A DNA stretch of 43,467 bases from Deinococcaceae bacterium (GTDB lineage: Bacteria > Deinococcota > Deinococci > Deinococcales > Trueperaceae). The position numbers and the translations under genes were made by a program. The notes under the pieces were generated by a model. It saw nothing but the letters and a program-made list of their open reading frames with translations. It searched no databases and was not told where the DNA came from. The DNA lies in the NCBI GenBank assembly GCA_040256005.1, contig JBDZWC010000003.1, positions 24,362 to 67,828 of the forward strand. Reading direction: 5' to 3'. Positions within the stretch are counted from its first letter, which is position 1, and each line of letters opens with the position of its first letter. This document shows, piece after piece, positions 27,383-36,729 of the stretch.

Positions 27383-28405
27383 ATGCCACCGGAGCCAACA
27401 GGCGCGACGACGGTCCAGCTGGCGTCCGTCGTGCGCCCTCAAGGCACCGGTGCCGCCCTCATCGCCGACCTGTGGTGGGTGATGCTCTGGTTCGCCGTAG
27501 CCGTCTGCGCGGTGGTCATCACGATGCTGATCGTCGCGATAGCGCGCGGGCGTGCCCGGGCGGCGGAGGACCAGGTCGCTGCGCCGGCCGGGCTGCCACG
27601 AACCTCCCGCGCGTCAGCACAGTTCCCCGCGACGGGCCAGCCGCCGACCTGGGCCAACTCCCTCGTGCTCTCCGCCGGTGTCGGCGTCCCGGCCGTGATC
27701 CTGATAGGCCTGCTCGTCTACTCGCTCTCTGCGCACCGTGCCCTGGCCGTGACGGCGGAACGACCGATGACGATCGAGGTGATCGGGCACCAGTGGTGGT
27801 GGGAGGTCCGCTACCCCGACGGCGGCTTCACGACAGCGAACGAGGTCGTGCTGCCCGTGGACACGCAGGTGCGGCTCGAGCTGACGAGCGTGGACGTCAT
27901 CCACTCGCTCTGGGTGCCGTCGCTCAACGGGAAGATGGACCTGATACCGGGTCAGGTCACGCAGTTGCCGCTGGAGGCCTCGGAGCCGACCGTCTTCTGG
28001 GGAGCGTGCGCCGAGTTCTGCGGCACGCAGCACGCCAAGATGAACCTCGTCGTCAGAGCCATGCGCCGGGCCGCCTTCGACGCCTGGGCGGAGAACCAGT
28101 CGCGGCCTGCACTTCAGCCGGAGGACGGAGCCGCCGCCGAAGGCCTGGAGGTCCTGCTCGGCTCGGCTTGCGTGTACTGCCACACCGTGCGCGGCACCAA
28201 CGCCAGCGGCCGTGCCGGCCCGGACCTCACCCACCTGGCCAGCCGCCTGACGCTGGGGGCTGGTGCGCTGCCCAACACGCGCGGCAACTTAGGGGGCTGG
28301 ATCGTCAACTCGCAGACGACCAAGCCGGGCAACCGCATGCCGCCCATGCAGCTATCCGGGCCCGAGCTGCAGTCGCTGCTGGTCTACCTGGAGACGCTCG
28401 AGTGA
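27383..28405 (+). CDS. coxB: Cytochrome c oxidase subunit II with fused C-terminal cytochrome c (caa3-like)
   Basis: GHQWWW, DVIHSLWVP, CuA motif CAEFCGTQHAKM, heme motif CVYCH ... MPP; GGGAGG before ATG 27383. Confidence 0.94.
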   Translation: MPPEPTGATTVQLASVVRPQGTGAALIADLWWVMLWFAVAVCAVVITMLIVAIARGRARAAEDQVAAPAGLPRTSRASAQFPATGQPPTWANSLVLSAGVGVPAVILIGLLVYSLSAHRALAVTAERPMTIEVIGHQWWWEVRYPDGGFTTANEVVLPVDTQVRLELTSVDVIHSLWVPSLNGKMDLIPGQVTQLPLEASEPTVFWGACAEFCGTQHAKMNLVVRAMRRAAFDAWAENQSRPALQPEDGAAAEGLEVLLGSACVYCHTVRGTNASGRAGPDLTHLASRLTLGAGALPNTRGNLGGWIVNSQTTKPGNRMPPMQLSGPELQSLLVYLETLE

Positions 28406-28490
28406 CCGGGGAAGGGCTCATCCGCCTCGTCCCACGGGCTGGCCGGGCCGCCGGAGCCTCGCCCAGCCGGGCGAGCGGGGTGGTGGCGCA

Positions 28491-31139
28491 GTGATCACCG
28501 ACGCACCGCGGCTGCGCGATCGCGTCGAGCGCTTCGAAGGCTCCTGGCGAGTACCGCGCGGTTTCGCCGGCTGGTTCGCGACGGTGAACAACTCGGACCT
28601 GGGCGCTCGCTACATGGTGACCTCGTTGGGGTTCTTCGCCGCGGCCGGCGTCATGGCGCTGTTCATGCGCCTGCAGCTGTCGGTCCCCGAGAACACCTTC
28701 CTGGACCCCGAGACCTACAACCAGCTGTTCACCATGCACGGCTCCACCATGATGTACCTCTTCGTCGTCCCTTTCCTCGAGGGACTGGCGAACTTCATCC
28801 TGCCGCAGATGTTGGGCGCTCGGGACCTCGCCTACCCGCGCCTGACCGCCTTCGGCTACTGGCTCTACCTGTTCGGCGGGCTCGTCTTCTTCTCGAGCTT
28901 CCTAGTCGACGCGGTCCCGGACGCCGGTTGGTTCGCTTACCCGCCGCTGTCCGGCATCGACTTCTCGGGCCTCGCGATGGACTTCTGGCTGCTGGGCCTG
29001 GGCGCCATCGAGCTGGGTGGCATCGCGACCGGCATCGAGCTGGCCGTGACGGTGCTGAAACTGAGGGCCGTCGGCATGACGCTCAACCGGGTGCCGCCGC
29101 TGGCCTGGGCCTTCCTGATCATGGCGCTGGCCATCGTCGTGGCGTTCACCGTCCTGCTCGTCGCGACGCTACTGCTCGAGCTGGACCGCGCGTTCGGGTT
29201 CAACTTCTTCGACCCGGTGGCGGGCGGCAACCCGCTGTTGTGGCAGCACCTCTTCTGGATATTCGGTCACCCCGAGGTCTACATCATGTTCATCCCCGCC
29301 ACCGGGATCGTCTCGATGATCGTGCCGACGTTCGCCCGACGGCCGTTGGCGGCGTACCTCTACGTCGTGCTGGCGATGATCCTCACGGGGTTCGTCAGCT
29401 TCGGGCTCTGGGCCCACCACATGTTCACGACAGGGCTGCCGTTGGTGGCTGCCGGGTTCTTCACCGCCGCCAGCATGATGATCGCGCTGGCCAGCGGCAC
29501 GCAGGTCTTCGCCTGGATCGCCACGCTGTGGGGGAGCAGGCCGAGGCTGGCGGCCCCGATGAAGTTCGTGATCGGCTTCGTAGTCATCTTCCTGCTGGGC
29601 GGCGTCACCGGGGTGATGGTGGCGTCCGTGCCGCTGGACGCCCAGGTGCACGACACGCACTTCGTCGTGGCCCACTTCCACTACGTCCTGATAGGCGGGG
29701 TGGTCTTCCCGATCATGGCGGCCCTCTACTACTGGATGCCGCTTCTCAGCGGCAAGCTGCTGAGCGAACGGCTCGGCACCTGGAACTTCTGGCTCACGTT
29801 CGTGGGCTTCAACATGACGTTCTTCCCCCTGCACATCGCCGGGCTGCTGGGCATGCCGCGCCGGGTGTACACGTACCCGCCGGGGCTCGGGCTCGAGCCC
29901 TACAACCTGATCTCGACGATCGGGGCGTTCGTGCTGGCGGCCGGCTTCGCCTCGTTGCTCGTGAACCTGGTGCTGAGCGTGCGCCGGGGCGTGGATCCCC
30001 CAGCCGACCCATGGGGTGCCGGGACCCTGGAGTGGGCGGTGCCGTTGCCCACGCCCAACTACAACTTCAGGGCGCCGCCGGTCGTGCGCAGCCTCTACCC
30101 GCTGTGGGGAGCGGGTGAGGGGCGCGCTGAGGAGAGGGCGAGGGACGCCGACGCCGCCACAGCCGACGCCGCTGGTGAGGCGCCCGACGCCGATCGCGCG
30201 ATCCCCGAGGGATACGCGGCGGGCCGGTGGCCAGGCGTGACGTTCGACCCCAGGCTCGATGCGATACCCAGCACGTTCCGCGCCACCCCCGTCACCTCGG
30301 TGATAGATGCCGTGCCGCAGGGGATCTGGAACCTGACCGGGCCCAGCTACGTCCCCATCCTGACGGCGCTCGGCGTCACCCTGGCGGCCTTGGGGCCGAT
30401 CGTCTCCGCCTACTGGCTGTCGGGTGCCGGAGCGGTCCTCGCCGCCGTCTGCATGGCCGTCTGGCTGTGGCCGACCCCTGATGAGCGCGAGCGCGTATTG
30501 GCCCGCAGGGAGCGCGAAGAGTACGAGGACCCACCGGACGCTCCAGAGTTCTCGCGACGCCTGGTGGGCAAGGACACCGCCGAGCCGGGACTCTGGGGCG
30601 TGGCCATGTTCCTCGGCTCCGGGGCGGTGGTCTACGGGACGCTGTTGTTCGCCTACTTCTACCTCCGCCTCTACTCCGGCGCCTGGCCCCAAGGGGCGGT
30701 CCCGCTGCCCGAGCTGGCCCTGCCGGCCGCAGCAGCGGTGCTGTTGCTGTTGTCTGGCTGGCCGGTAGTGGCGGGCACCAGGGCGATAAGGCGCGGCAAC
30801 GCGCGCGGACTGAAGAACTGGCTGGGCATGGGGCTGGTGCTGGGCCTAGCCTTCCTGGGGCTACATGTCTGGAACGTGGCGAGGGCCGGCTTCGTGCCGT
30901 CGTTGAACGCTTACGCCTCCGTGTTCCATGGCTTGGCCGGCCTCGTGTCGCTCATGACCCTGCTCGCGTTGGCGATCCAGTTCGCGGTCTGGCTGCGTGC
31001 CCTCCGAGGACACTTCGACAGCGTCTACAACGCAGCGGCCCAGCACTCCGGCCTGGTGTGGGGCTTCACGGTGGCGGCGAACCTGGTCGCCTACGCGGTG
31101 CTGTACCTCGCGCCGCGCCTCGCAGGGTTCGGGTCGTGA
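28491..31139 (+). CDS. ctaD: Heme-copper oxidase subunit I fused to a subunit III-like C-terminal domain
   Basis: TMHG, WIFGHPEVY, WAHH, HDT, VAHFHY, MPRR; C-terminal FAYFYLR ... NAYASVF subunit III-like helices. Confidence 0.94.
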   Translation: MITDAPRLRDRVERFEGSWRVPRGFAGWFATVNNSDLGARYMVTSLGFFAAAGVMALFMRLQLSVPENTFLDPETYNQLFTMHGSTMMYLFVVPFLEGLANFILPQMLGARDLAYPRLTAFGYWLYLFGGLVFFSSFLVDAVPDAGWFAYPPLSGIDFSGLAMDFWLLGLGAIELGGIATGIELAVTVLKLRAVGMTLNRVPPLAWAFLIMALAIVVAFTVLLVATLLLELDRAFGFNFFDPVAGGNPLLWQHLFWIFGHPEVYIMFIPATGIVSMIVPTFARRPLAAYLYVVLAMILTGFVSFGLWAHHMFTTGLPLVAAGFFTAASMMIALASGTQVFAWIATLWGSRPRLAAPMKFVIGFVVIFLLGGVTGVMVASVPLDAQVHDTHFVVAHFHYVLIGGVVFPIMAALYYWMPLLSGKLLSERLGTWNFWLTFVGFNMTFFPLHIAGLLGMPRRVYTYPPGLGLEPYNLISTIGAFVLAAGFASLLVNLVLSVRRGVDPPADPWGAGTLEWAVPLPTPNYNFRAPPVVRSLYPLWGAGEGRAEERARDADAATADAAGEAPDADRAIPEGYAAGRWPGVTFDPRLDAIPSTFRATPVTSVIDAVPQGIWNLTGPSYVPILTALGVTLAALGPIVSAYWLSGAGAVLAAVCMAVWLWPTPDERERVLARREREEYEDPPDAPEFSRRLVGKDTAEPGLWGVAMFLGSGAVVYGTLLFAYFYLRLYSGAWPQGAVPLPELALPAAAAVLLLLSGWPVVAGTRAIRRGNARGLKNWLGMGLVLGLAFLGLHVWNVARAGFVPSLNAYASVFHGLAGLVSLMTLLALAIQFAVWLRALRGHFDSVYNAAAQHSGLVWGFTVAANLVAYAVLYLAPRLAGFGS

Positions 31140-31570
31140 GCGCGGAGCGCGGTTCCGGGGCGGCTCGTACCGTGACGGCAGCGGTAACAGGCGAGAGCCG
31201 GGCGAACGAACCGGCTGCTGGTCGCCTGTGGTTCGGGCTGCTGGGAGGTCCATCGGCCTGGGCTGTGGCCTTCGTCAGCACGTACCTGGTGGCCGAATCG
31301 ACCTGCGTCCGTGGGGGCGCTCTGACGACGGCCGGTGTGATCTGGCTCGCCGCCGCGTTAGTCGGTGCCGCGGCAGCCGTCGCCGCTTGGCGAGCCCAGC
31401 GAACGGTGGGCGGTGCATTCGCGAACGGTCCCCTGAGGGAACCGCAGGCCCGCAGCGATGAGCCGGTAGGGCGGCGCTTCCTGTCCGCCGCCGGGATCGT
31501 CCTTTCCGGCACGTTCACCGTCGTCTCGCTGGTGCAGTCGTTGCCGCTGTTCGTGGGGGTGGGCTGCTGA
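31136..31570 (+). CDS. Small membrane protein in the oxidase operon
   Basis: Three hydrophobic segments, two Cys, GTGA overlap with the subunit I stop. Confidence 0.72.
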   Translation: MSAERGSGAARTVTAAVTGESRANEPAAGRLWFGLLGGPSAWAVAFVSTYLVAESTCVRGGALTTAGVIWLAAALVGAAAAVAAWRAQRTVGGAFANGPLREPQARSDEPVGRRFLSAAGIVLSGTFTVVSLVQSLPLFVGVGC

Positions 31571-31589
31571 TGCGCGCCGGGCTCGAGCC

Positions 31590-32396
31590 ATGACCGCACC
31601 GCTCCTGGCGCTCGTCGCCGTCGCCTACGGGACCGGTCTGGGGCTGGCCTGGCGGCGGACGGGCCCCGGCAAGGTGGTCGGCTTCGGTGAGGCCGCGCGG
31701 TTCACGTTCGGGTGGCTCGCGCTCGGCGGCGCCCTGCTGTCTCCGTTGAGCGCCGCGGCAGGACGCTCCCTGGCGGCGCACATGGTGCAGCACCTGCTCG
31801 TCGTGGCCGTCGCCGCGCCGCTGTGGGCGTCGGCCGGCGTCGGACGCGCCTTGCTGTGCCTCCTGCCGCTTGGGACACGCAGGGCACTGGCGGCGGGGAC
31901 GCTTCGCACTGTGGCGGGCGCCCGCGAGACCCTGCTCTCGCCGCTGTCGGCCACCGCTCTCTACGTGGCCACGCTGTGGCTTTGGCACATGCCCGCTGCG
32001 TACCTAGGCGCCCTCGGCCATGAGGTCCTTCACGGCGCGGAGCATGGCGCGTTCCTGGCTGCAGCCTGCCTCTTCTGGGCGACCGTGCTGCCGGGGCCGA
32101 AGGGCGCCCACCGCCGGACCGCCGCCCACGTCGCGTTGCTGGGAGCGTCCTTCGCGATCGGTGGGCTGGGGGCGCTCATGGCGCTGTCTCCACGGCCCTG
32201 GTACCCGGCGTACGCGGCACTCGCGGCGGCGACCGGCCGCGACGCGCTGAGCGACCAACAGCTCGCGGGCGTTCTCATGTGGATGCCGATGGGGGGCGTG
32301 CACGCCGCCGCAGCGCTCGCCATCGCGGCCACCTGGCTGCGGCCTCGCCCGGGGCGACGAGCCGCACCGGCGAGCCTACAGGAGGCCCGAGCATGA
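31590..32396 (+). CDS. ctaG: Caa3-type cytochrome oxidase assembly factor
   Basis: HMVQHLL, WLWHMP, EH, DQQLAGVLMW. Confidence 0.9.
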   Translation: MTAPLLALVAVAYGTGLGLAWRRTGPGKVVGFGEAARFTFGWLALGGALLSPLSAAAGRSLAAHMVQHLLVVAVAAPLWASAGVGRALLCLLPLGTRRALAAGTLRTVAGARETLLSPLSATALYVATLWLWHMPAAYLGALGHEVLHGAEHGAFLAAACLFWATVLPGPKGAHRRTAAHVALLGASFAIGGLGALMALSPRPWYPAYAALAAATGRDALSDQQLAGVLMWMPMGGVHAAAALAIAATWLRPRPGRRAAPASLQEARA

Positions 32397-32824
32397 CGAC
32401 GCGCCGGGGACTGGCGGACCTGACGGTAGTACTGGCGGGGATCGGCCTCGTGATGCTCATCGTCGTCGTCGGCTACGTGCTGAAGCGATCAGGCGGGCGC
32501 GCCATACCCGTGGCAGACCCGGCCTCGGTATCGGCCGGCGTCGTCGATCGCGGCAGACAGCTCGTGCGCGACTACGGCTGCGTCACCTGCCACGAGATAC
32601 CAGGTGTGCGGGGGCTGGGCGGTGTCGTGGGTCCGTCGTTGCACGGATTGGCGGACAGGGCCGTGATCGCCGGTCGGCTGCCGAACACGCAGGAGAACCT
32701 GGTCACATGGGTCATGGACCCTCAATCCGTGGCTCCGGGGACCGCCATGCCGGACATGGGAGTGACGCTCCCAGACGCCCTCGACATCGCCGCCTTCCTC
32801 TACTCGGGCGGCGGAGAGGAGTAG
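32393..32824 (+). CDS. Membrane-anchored monoheme cytochrome c
   Basis: N-terminal TM helix, CVTCH, GPSL, PGTAMP; ATGA overlap with ctaG. Confidence 0.9.
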   Translation: MTTRRGLADLTVVLAGIGLVMLIVVVGYVLKRSGGRAIPVADPASVSAGVVDRGRQLVRDYGCVTCHEIPGVRGLGGVVGPSLHGLADRAVIAGRLPNTQENLVTWVMDPQSVAPGTAMPDMGVTLPDALDIAAFLYSGGGEE

Positions 32825-33811
32825 GTGCACGTGCGCGACGACAAGACAAGGCGCCCAGGTCGAGCGGAGGAGAAGCGCCTCTCGCGCCGGAGGCTGTTGC
32901 AGACGACCGGCGCGCTGCTGGTCACGGTGGGCGTGGGCAGCGCTTGCGACGTGGATCCGTTCCACAGCGAGAGCCCGGCCTCTCGACCGCTCCGGCCGCA
33001 ACCGCGGCCGGCGTTCGTTCCCAGACGCGTGACGCTGGTGGCCGGCCAGTATCCGGCGGTGCCGGACACGCCGACACAGGCTCCGCAGGCCGGTGTGTTG
33101 AGGTTCTTCACGCTGCACGAGGCCCAGACCGTCGAGGCGATCACGGCACGCATCCTGCCCGGCTCACCGGAGGACCCAGGGGCGAGGGAAGCAGGCGTCG
33201 TCAACTACATCGACAACATGCTGGCCTACGAGAACCCGTTCGCGGAGGCCACGTACCGAGCACCGCCTTACGCCGAGACCTACACGGGAGCGCGGCCCCC
33301 GGCCGGCTCGAACGGGAGCTTCGAGGTCGTGTGGGTCAGCGCCGATGAGATCGAGCGTTACGGCTACCAGTCGACCTTGGGCCCCCGCGACGTCTACCGA
33401 GCCGGCCTGGCCAGCGTGGACCGTTACGCGCGCGAGCGTTTCGGCCGCGACTTCGTCGACCTGAGCGAGGAGCAGCAGGACCAGGTGGTCGGCGCCATGG
33501 CGGACGGTGAGGCAAGCGGCTTCGAGCACCCGGGTGCCGAGGAGTTCTTCCACGTGCTCAGGCGGCACACCGGCGAAGGGATGTTCTCCGACCCCGTCTA
33601 CGGCGGTAACCAGGGGCTGGCAGGGTGGCGGCTCATCGGTTACCCGGGCGCACAACGCGGTTACACCGAGGCGTACGTTCGTGGCCGGACCGCGGAGGCC
33701 GATCCGCAGGGCATCGCCGACCTCAACCACTTCCACCCCGGGCAGCCGGCGAACGAGCACGTGCTGCTACCCGTGACAGGCAGCCGTCACGCCGATCCGG
33801 TGGACGACTGA
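32825..33811 (+). CDS. Gluconate 2-dehydrogenase subunit 3-like protein (Tat lipoprotein)
   Basis: SRRRLLQ Tat motif, GSAC lipobox, PGAREAGVVNYID, GMFSDPVYGGN, WRLIGYPG. Confidence 0.9.
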   Translation: MHVRDDKTRRPGRAEEKRLSRRRLLQTTGALLVTVGVGSACDVDPFHSESPASRPLRPQPRPAFVPRRVTLVAGQYPAVPDTPTQAPQAGVLRFFTLHEAQTVEAITARILPGSPEDPGAREAGVVNYIDNMLAYENPFAEATYRAPPYAETYTGARPPAGSNGSFEVVWVSADEIERYGYQSTLGPRDVYRAGLASVDRYARERFGRDFVDLSEEQQDQVVGAMADGEASGFEHPGAEEFFHVLRRHTGEGMFSDPVYGGNQGLAGWRLIGYPGAQRGYTEAYVRGRTAEADPQGIADLNHFHPGQPANEHVLLPVTGSRHADPVDD

Positions 33812-35679
33812 TGGCGAGGCAACGGAAGGTGGACGTCGTGACCGTTGGCGCGGGTTGGACGGCGGCGATCCTCGCCTGGCATCTGACCAAGGCCGGGTAC
33901 AGCGTCGTCTCGATCGAACAGGGCCCCGCCCGCTTCGCCACGCCCGACTTCGAGCACAACCACGACAGCCTGCGCTACAGCATCCGCAAGGCGATGATGG
34001 TGGACCTCTCCAAGGAGACGTGGAGCTGGCGTCCCAACCCGAGGGCGCCATCGCTGCCCATACGACAGTTCGGCTCGTTCCATCCAGGCAACGGCATCGG
34101 TGGGGCGGGCGTGCACTGGGCGGCGCAGACGTGGCGCTTCTACCCCAGCGACATGAGCTATCGCAGCCACCACGTGGCCCGTTACGGCCAGGACATGATC
34201 CCCGAGGGGTGCACCGTGCAGGACTGGCCGCTCACCTACGAGGAGCTCGAGCCGTACTACACGCGCATGGAGTACGACATCGGCGTCTCCGGGCGCTCCG
34301 GCAACCTCGGCGGTCGGTTGCAGCCGGGAGGGAACCCGTTCGAGGCCCCTCGTTCCAGGGAGTACCCCCTGCCACCGCTGGTGCGGAGCCAGGCCGCCGA
34401 CATGTTCGCCGACGCCGCCCAAGGCCTCGGCTACCATCCGTTCCCGCAGCCCGCCTCGATACTGTCGCAGGCGTACCGCGGCGTTTCTGGGAGCGAGCGC
34501 TCGGGGTGCCTGTTGTGCGGTTTCTGCACGCGCTTCGGCTGCGAGGTAGACGCCAAGGCCAGCCCCGTCACCGATCACATCCCTGCTGCCTTACAGACCG
34601 GTCTGTACGGGATCAGGACCGAGAGCAAGGTGCACCGTGTCAACACGGGGCCCGATGGGCTCGCCACCGGCGTCACGTACACGGACCTGCTGACGGGCGA
34701 GGTCCACGAGCAGCCGGCGGACGTCGTGGTCCTCTCGGCGTTCCCCCTCACCAACGTCAAGCTGCTCCTGCTGTCACGGTCCAGCGAGCATCCCAACGGC
34801 GTGGGCAACGATCGCGAACGGGTGGGCAAGAACTACTCCTACCAGCTGTCGCGGGGGCCCGTCACCGGCATCTTCGAGGGTCGGCGCTTCCGGTCGTACA
34901 CCGGCAACAGCTGCATGCAGAACGTCATTCACGACTTCAACGCCGACAACTTCGACCATTCGGACCTGGACTTCATCGGGGGCGCATCCATCGCCTGCGG
35001 CGGGGGCGAGAACGCGCCGCTACTGTCCGCCCTGAGCCTGCCCGCCGCCGACCAGGCCCTCTTCGGCAGCGCGGGCGACACGGACTCTAACGGGAACGCC
35101 GGGGGGCGCAAGCGACCACCGGTAGCGGGCGAGGTAGGCAGCCTGGCTGGGCAAGGCTCCGAGTGGGGTCAGGCTTGGAAGGACAACCTGAGGAACAACT
35201 GGGACGGCATCTTGGGTATCGGCATCCAGGGAGAGAGCCTGCCCTACGAGGACCAGTACATGGACCTGGACCCCGTGTACAAGGACGCCTGGGGCGACCC
35301 CATCCTCCGGATAACGTTCGACTTCCACGACAACGACAGGAACCTCTACCGCTACATGGCTCAGCGCTGCCTCGAGATCATGCGCGCGATGAACCCCACG
35401 CGCGTCGTCATGACGGAGGAGCTGGCACGCTACGACGTACACACCTACCAGAGCACCCACAACACCGGCGGCGCGATCATGGGCGCGGACCCCGGCGACT
35501 CGGTGACCAACAAGTACGGCCAGGTGTGGGACACGCCCAACGTCTTCGTCACCGGCGCCACGCTGTACCCGCAGAACCCCGGCATGAACCCGACCGGTCC
35601 GCTCATGGCGCTGGCCTACTTCACCGGGGACGCGCTCAGCACCCGTTACTTCAGGAACGCGGGGGAACTATTGGTGTAG
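33811..35679 (+). CDS. GMC oxidoreductase, gluconate 2-dehydrogenase flavoprotein-like
   Basis: VGAGWT FAD-binding motif, GGAGVHW, DWPLTYEELEPYY, CLLCGFCTRFGC, YQSTHNTGG, NPT; TGATG overlap. Confidence 0.93.
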   Translation: MARQRKVDVVTVGAGWTAAILAWHLTKAGYSVVSIEQGPARFATPDFEHNHDSLRYSIRKAMMVDLSKETWSWRPNPRAPSLPIRQFGSFHPGNGIGGAGVHWAAQTWRFYPSDMSYRSHHVARYGQDMIPEGCTVQDWPLTYEELEPYYTRMEYDIGVSGRSGNLGGRLQPGGNPFEAPRSREYPLPPLVRSQAADMFADAAQGLGYHPFPQPASILSQAYRGVSGSERSGCLLCGFCTRFGCEVDAKASPVTDHIPAALQTGLYGIRTESKVHRVNTGPDGLATGVTYTDLLTGEVHEQPADVVVLSAFPLTNVKLLLLSRSSEHPNGVGNDRERVGKNYSYQLSRGPVTGIFEGRRFRSYTGNSCMQNVIHDFNADNFDHSDLDFIGGASIACGGGENAPLLSALSLPAADQALFGSAGDTDSNGNAGGRKRPPVAGEVGSLAGQGSEWGQAWKDNLRNNWDGILGIGIQGESLPYEDQYMDLDPVYKDAWGDPILRITFDFHDNDRNLYRYMAQRCLEIMRAMNPTRVVMTEELARYDVHTYQSTHNTGGAIMGADPGDSVTNKYGQVWDTPNVFVTGATLYPQNPGMNPTGPLMALAYFTGDALSTRYFRNAGELLV

Positions 35680-35724
35680 CTCACATGCACCGGGCGCACC
35701 ATATTGCGACCGGAGGTGTCTGAC

Positions 35725-36693
35725 GTGGCGCAGCGCAGGAAGGGCAGGCTGTTGCTCATCGGGGGAGGGGAAAGGCGTGACGGCGAGTACCGCGTCCTGC
35801 AGCACTTCGTCAAGGAGGCGGGAGGGAAGAAGGCGCGGGTGCTGGTCTGTGGCGCGGCTCTGGACGACTCGGAAGGGTCGGTCAAGGAGTACGAGGGCAT
35901 CTTCCAGGATCTGGGCGTGGGTGAGGTTTGGGGTGCTCCCATCACCGACCGATCCGAGGCCGACGGCGACGAGGTCGTGGGCCGGCTCATGGACTCGACC
36001 GCCATGTTCCTGACCGGCGGGGACCAGCTTCGCATCACCTCGCTGATGGCCGGGACGCGCCTGGGCGATCGCCTCAAACATCGCAACGACGAGGGCGGGT
36101 ACCTGATCGCCGGTACGAGCGCGGGCGCCGCCGCGATGGGCAGCGTCATGCTGTTGGGCGGAGCCGAGCACGGGACGGTGAGACGGGCCGACGTCAAGAT
36201 CGGCCCCGGCCTCGGTTACTTGCGGGACTCGGTCGTAGACACGCACTTCAACGAAAGGGGCCGCGTGTCGAGGCTACTGACCATCTTCGCTCAGAACTCC
36301 CAGGTCCTGGGCATTGGCATCGACGCCGACACGGCGCTCGACGTGCACGTGGGATCGCACTACCAGGTGATCGGCAGCGGCACGGTGACCGTGTTCAACG
36401 GGCGCGTCAGCTTCTCCAACGCGGCACGCGTGCAGGAAGACGAACCGATGGCTGTCTCGGGCGTGCAGCTGCACGTGCTCGTCGCGGGCTACGGCTTCGA
36501 TCCTCAGAAGATGGAGGTGCACACCCCTTACGACGACTTCGGCATGGAGAGTCGTACACCGAAGAAGAAGGGCCCTGCGAAGAAGGCATCCTCACAGAAC
36601 AGTGGAGCCCAGAAGAGTGGCGGAGCCCAGAAGAAGAGCGGTGGAACCGAGCAGAAGAGGGCTCCCAACAAGGAGGGCGCGAACCAGAGGTAG
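35725..36693 (+). CDS. cphB: Cyanophycinase-like serine peptidase (S51)
   Basis: LIGGGE, FLTGGDQLR, GTSAGA nucleophile, DTHFNERGR; GGAGG before GTG 35725; Lys/Gly/Ser-rich tail. Confidence 0.87.
   Translation: MAQRRKGRLLLIGGGERRDGEYRVLQHFVKEAGGKKARVLVCGAALDDSEGSVKEYEGIFQDLGVGEVWGAPITDRSEADGDEVVGRLMDSTAMFLTGGDQLRITSLMAGTRLGDRLKHRNDEGGYLIAGTSAGAAAMGSVMLLGGAEHGTVRRADVKIGPGLGYLRDSVVDTHFNERGRVSRLLTIFAQNSQVLGIGIDADTALDVHVGSHYQVIGSGTVTVFNGRVSFSNAARVQEDEPMAVSGVQLHVLVAGYGFDPQKMEVHTPYDDFGMESRTPKKKGPAKKASSQNSGAQKSGGAQKKSGGTEQKRAPNKEGANQR
36601..36660 (+). repeat. Short degenerate direct repeats encoding the low-complexity peptidase tail
   Basis: GGAGCCCAGAAGA twice plus a degenerate third copy (SGAQK-SGGAQKK-SGGTEQK). 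Confidence 0.7.
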
Positions 36694-36729
36694 GCCGCCA
36701 TGTGACCATGGGACACATAGACTGGTCGC

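Noticed and set aside
29169..30692. 507-aa minus-strand ORF
   Set aside because: Antisense shadow of oxidase subunit I.
36601..36660. Direct repeats as a possible CRISPR array
   Set aside because: Too short, inside a coding region, no spacers and no cas genes.
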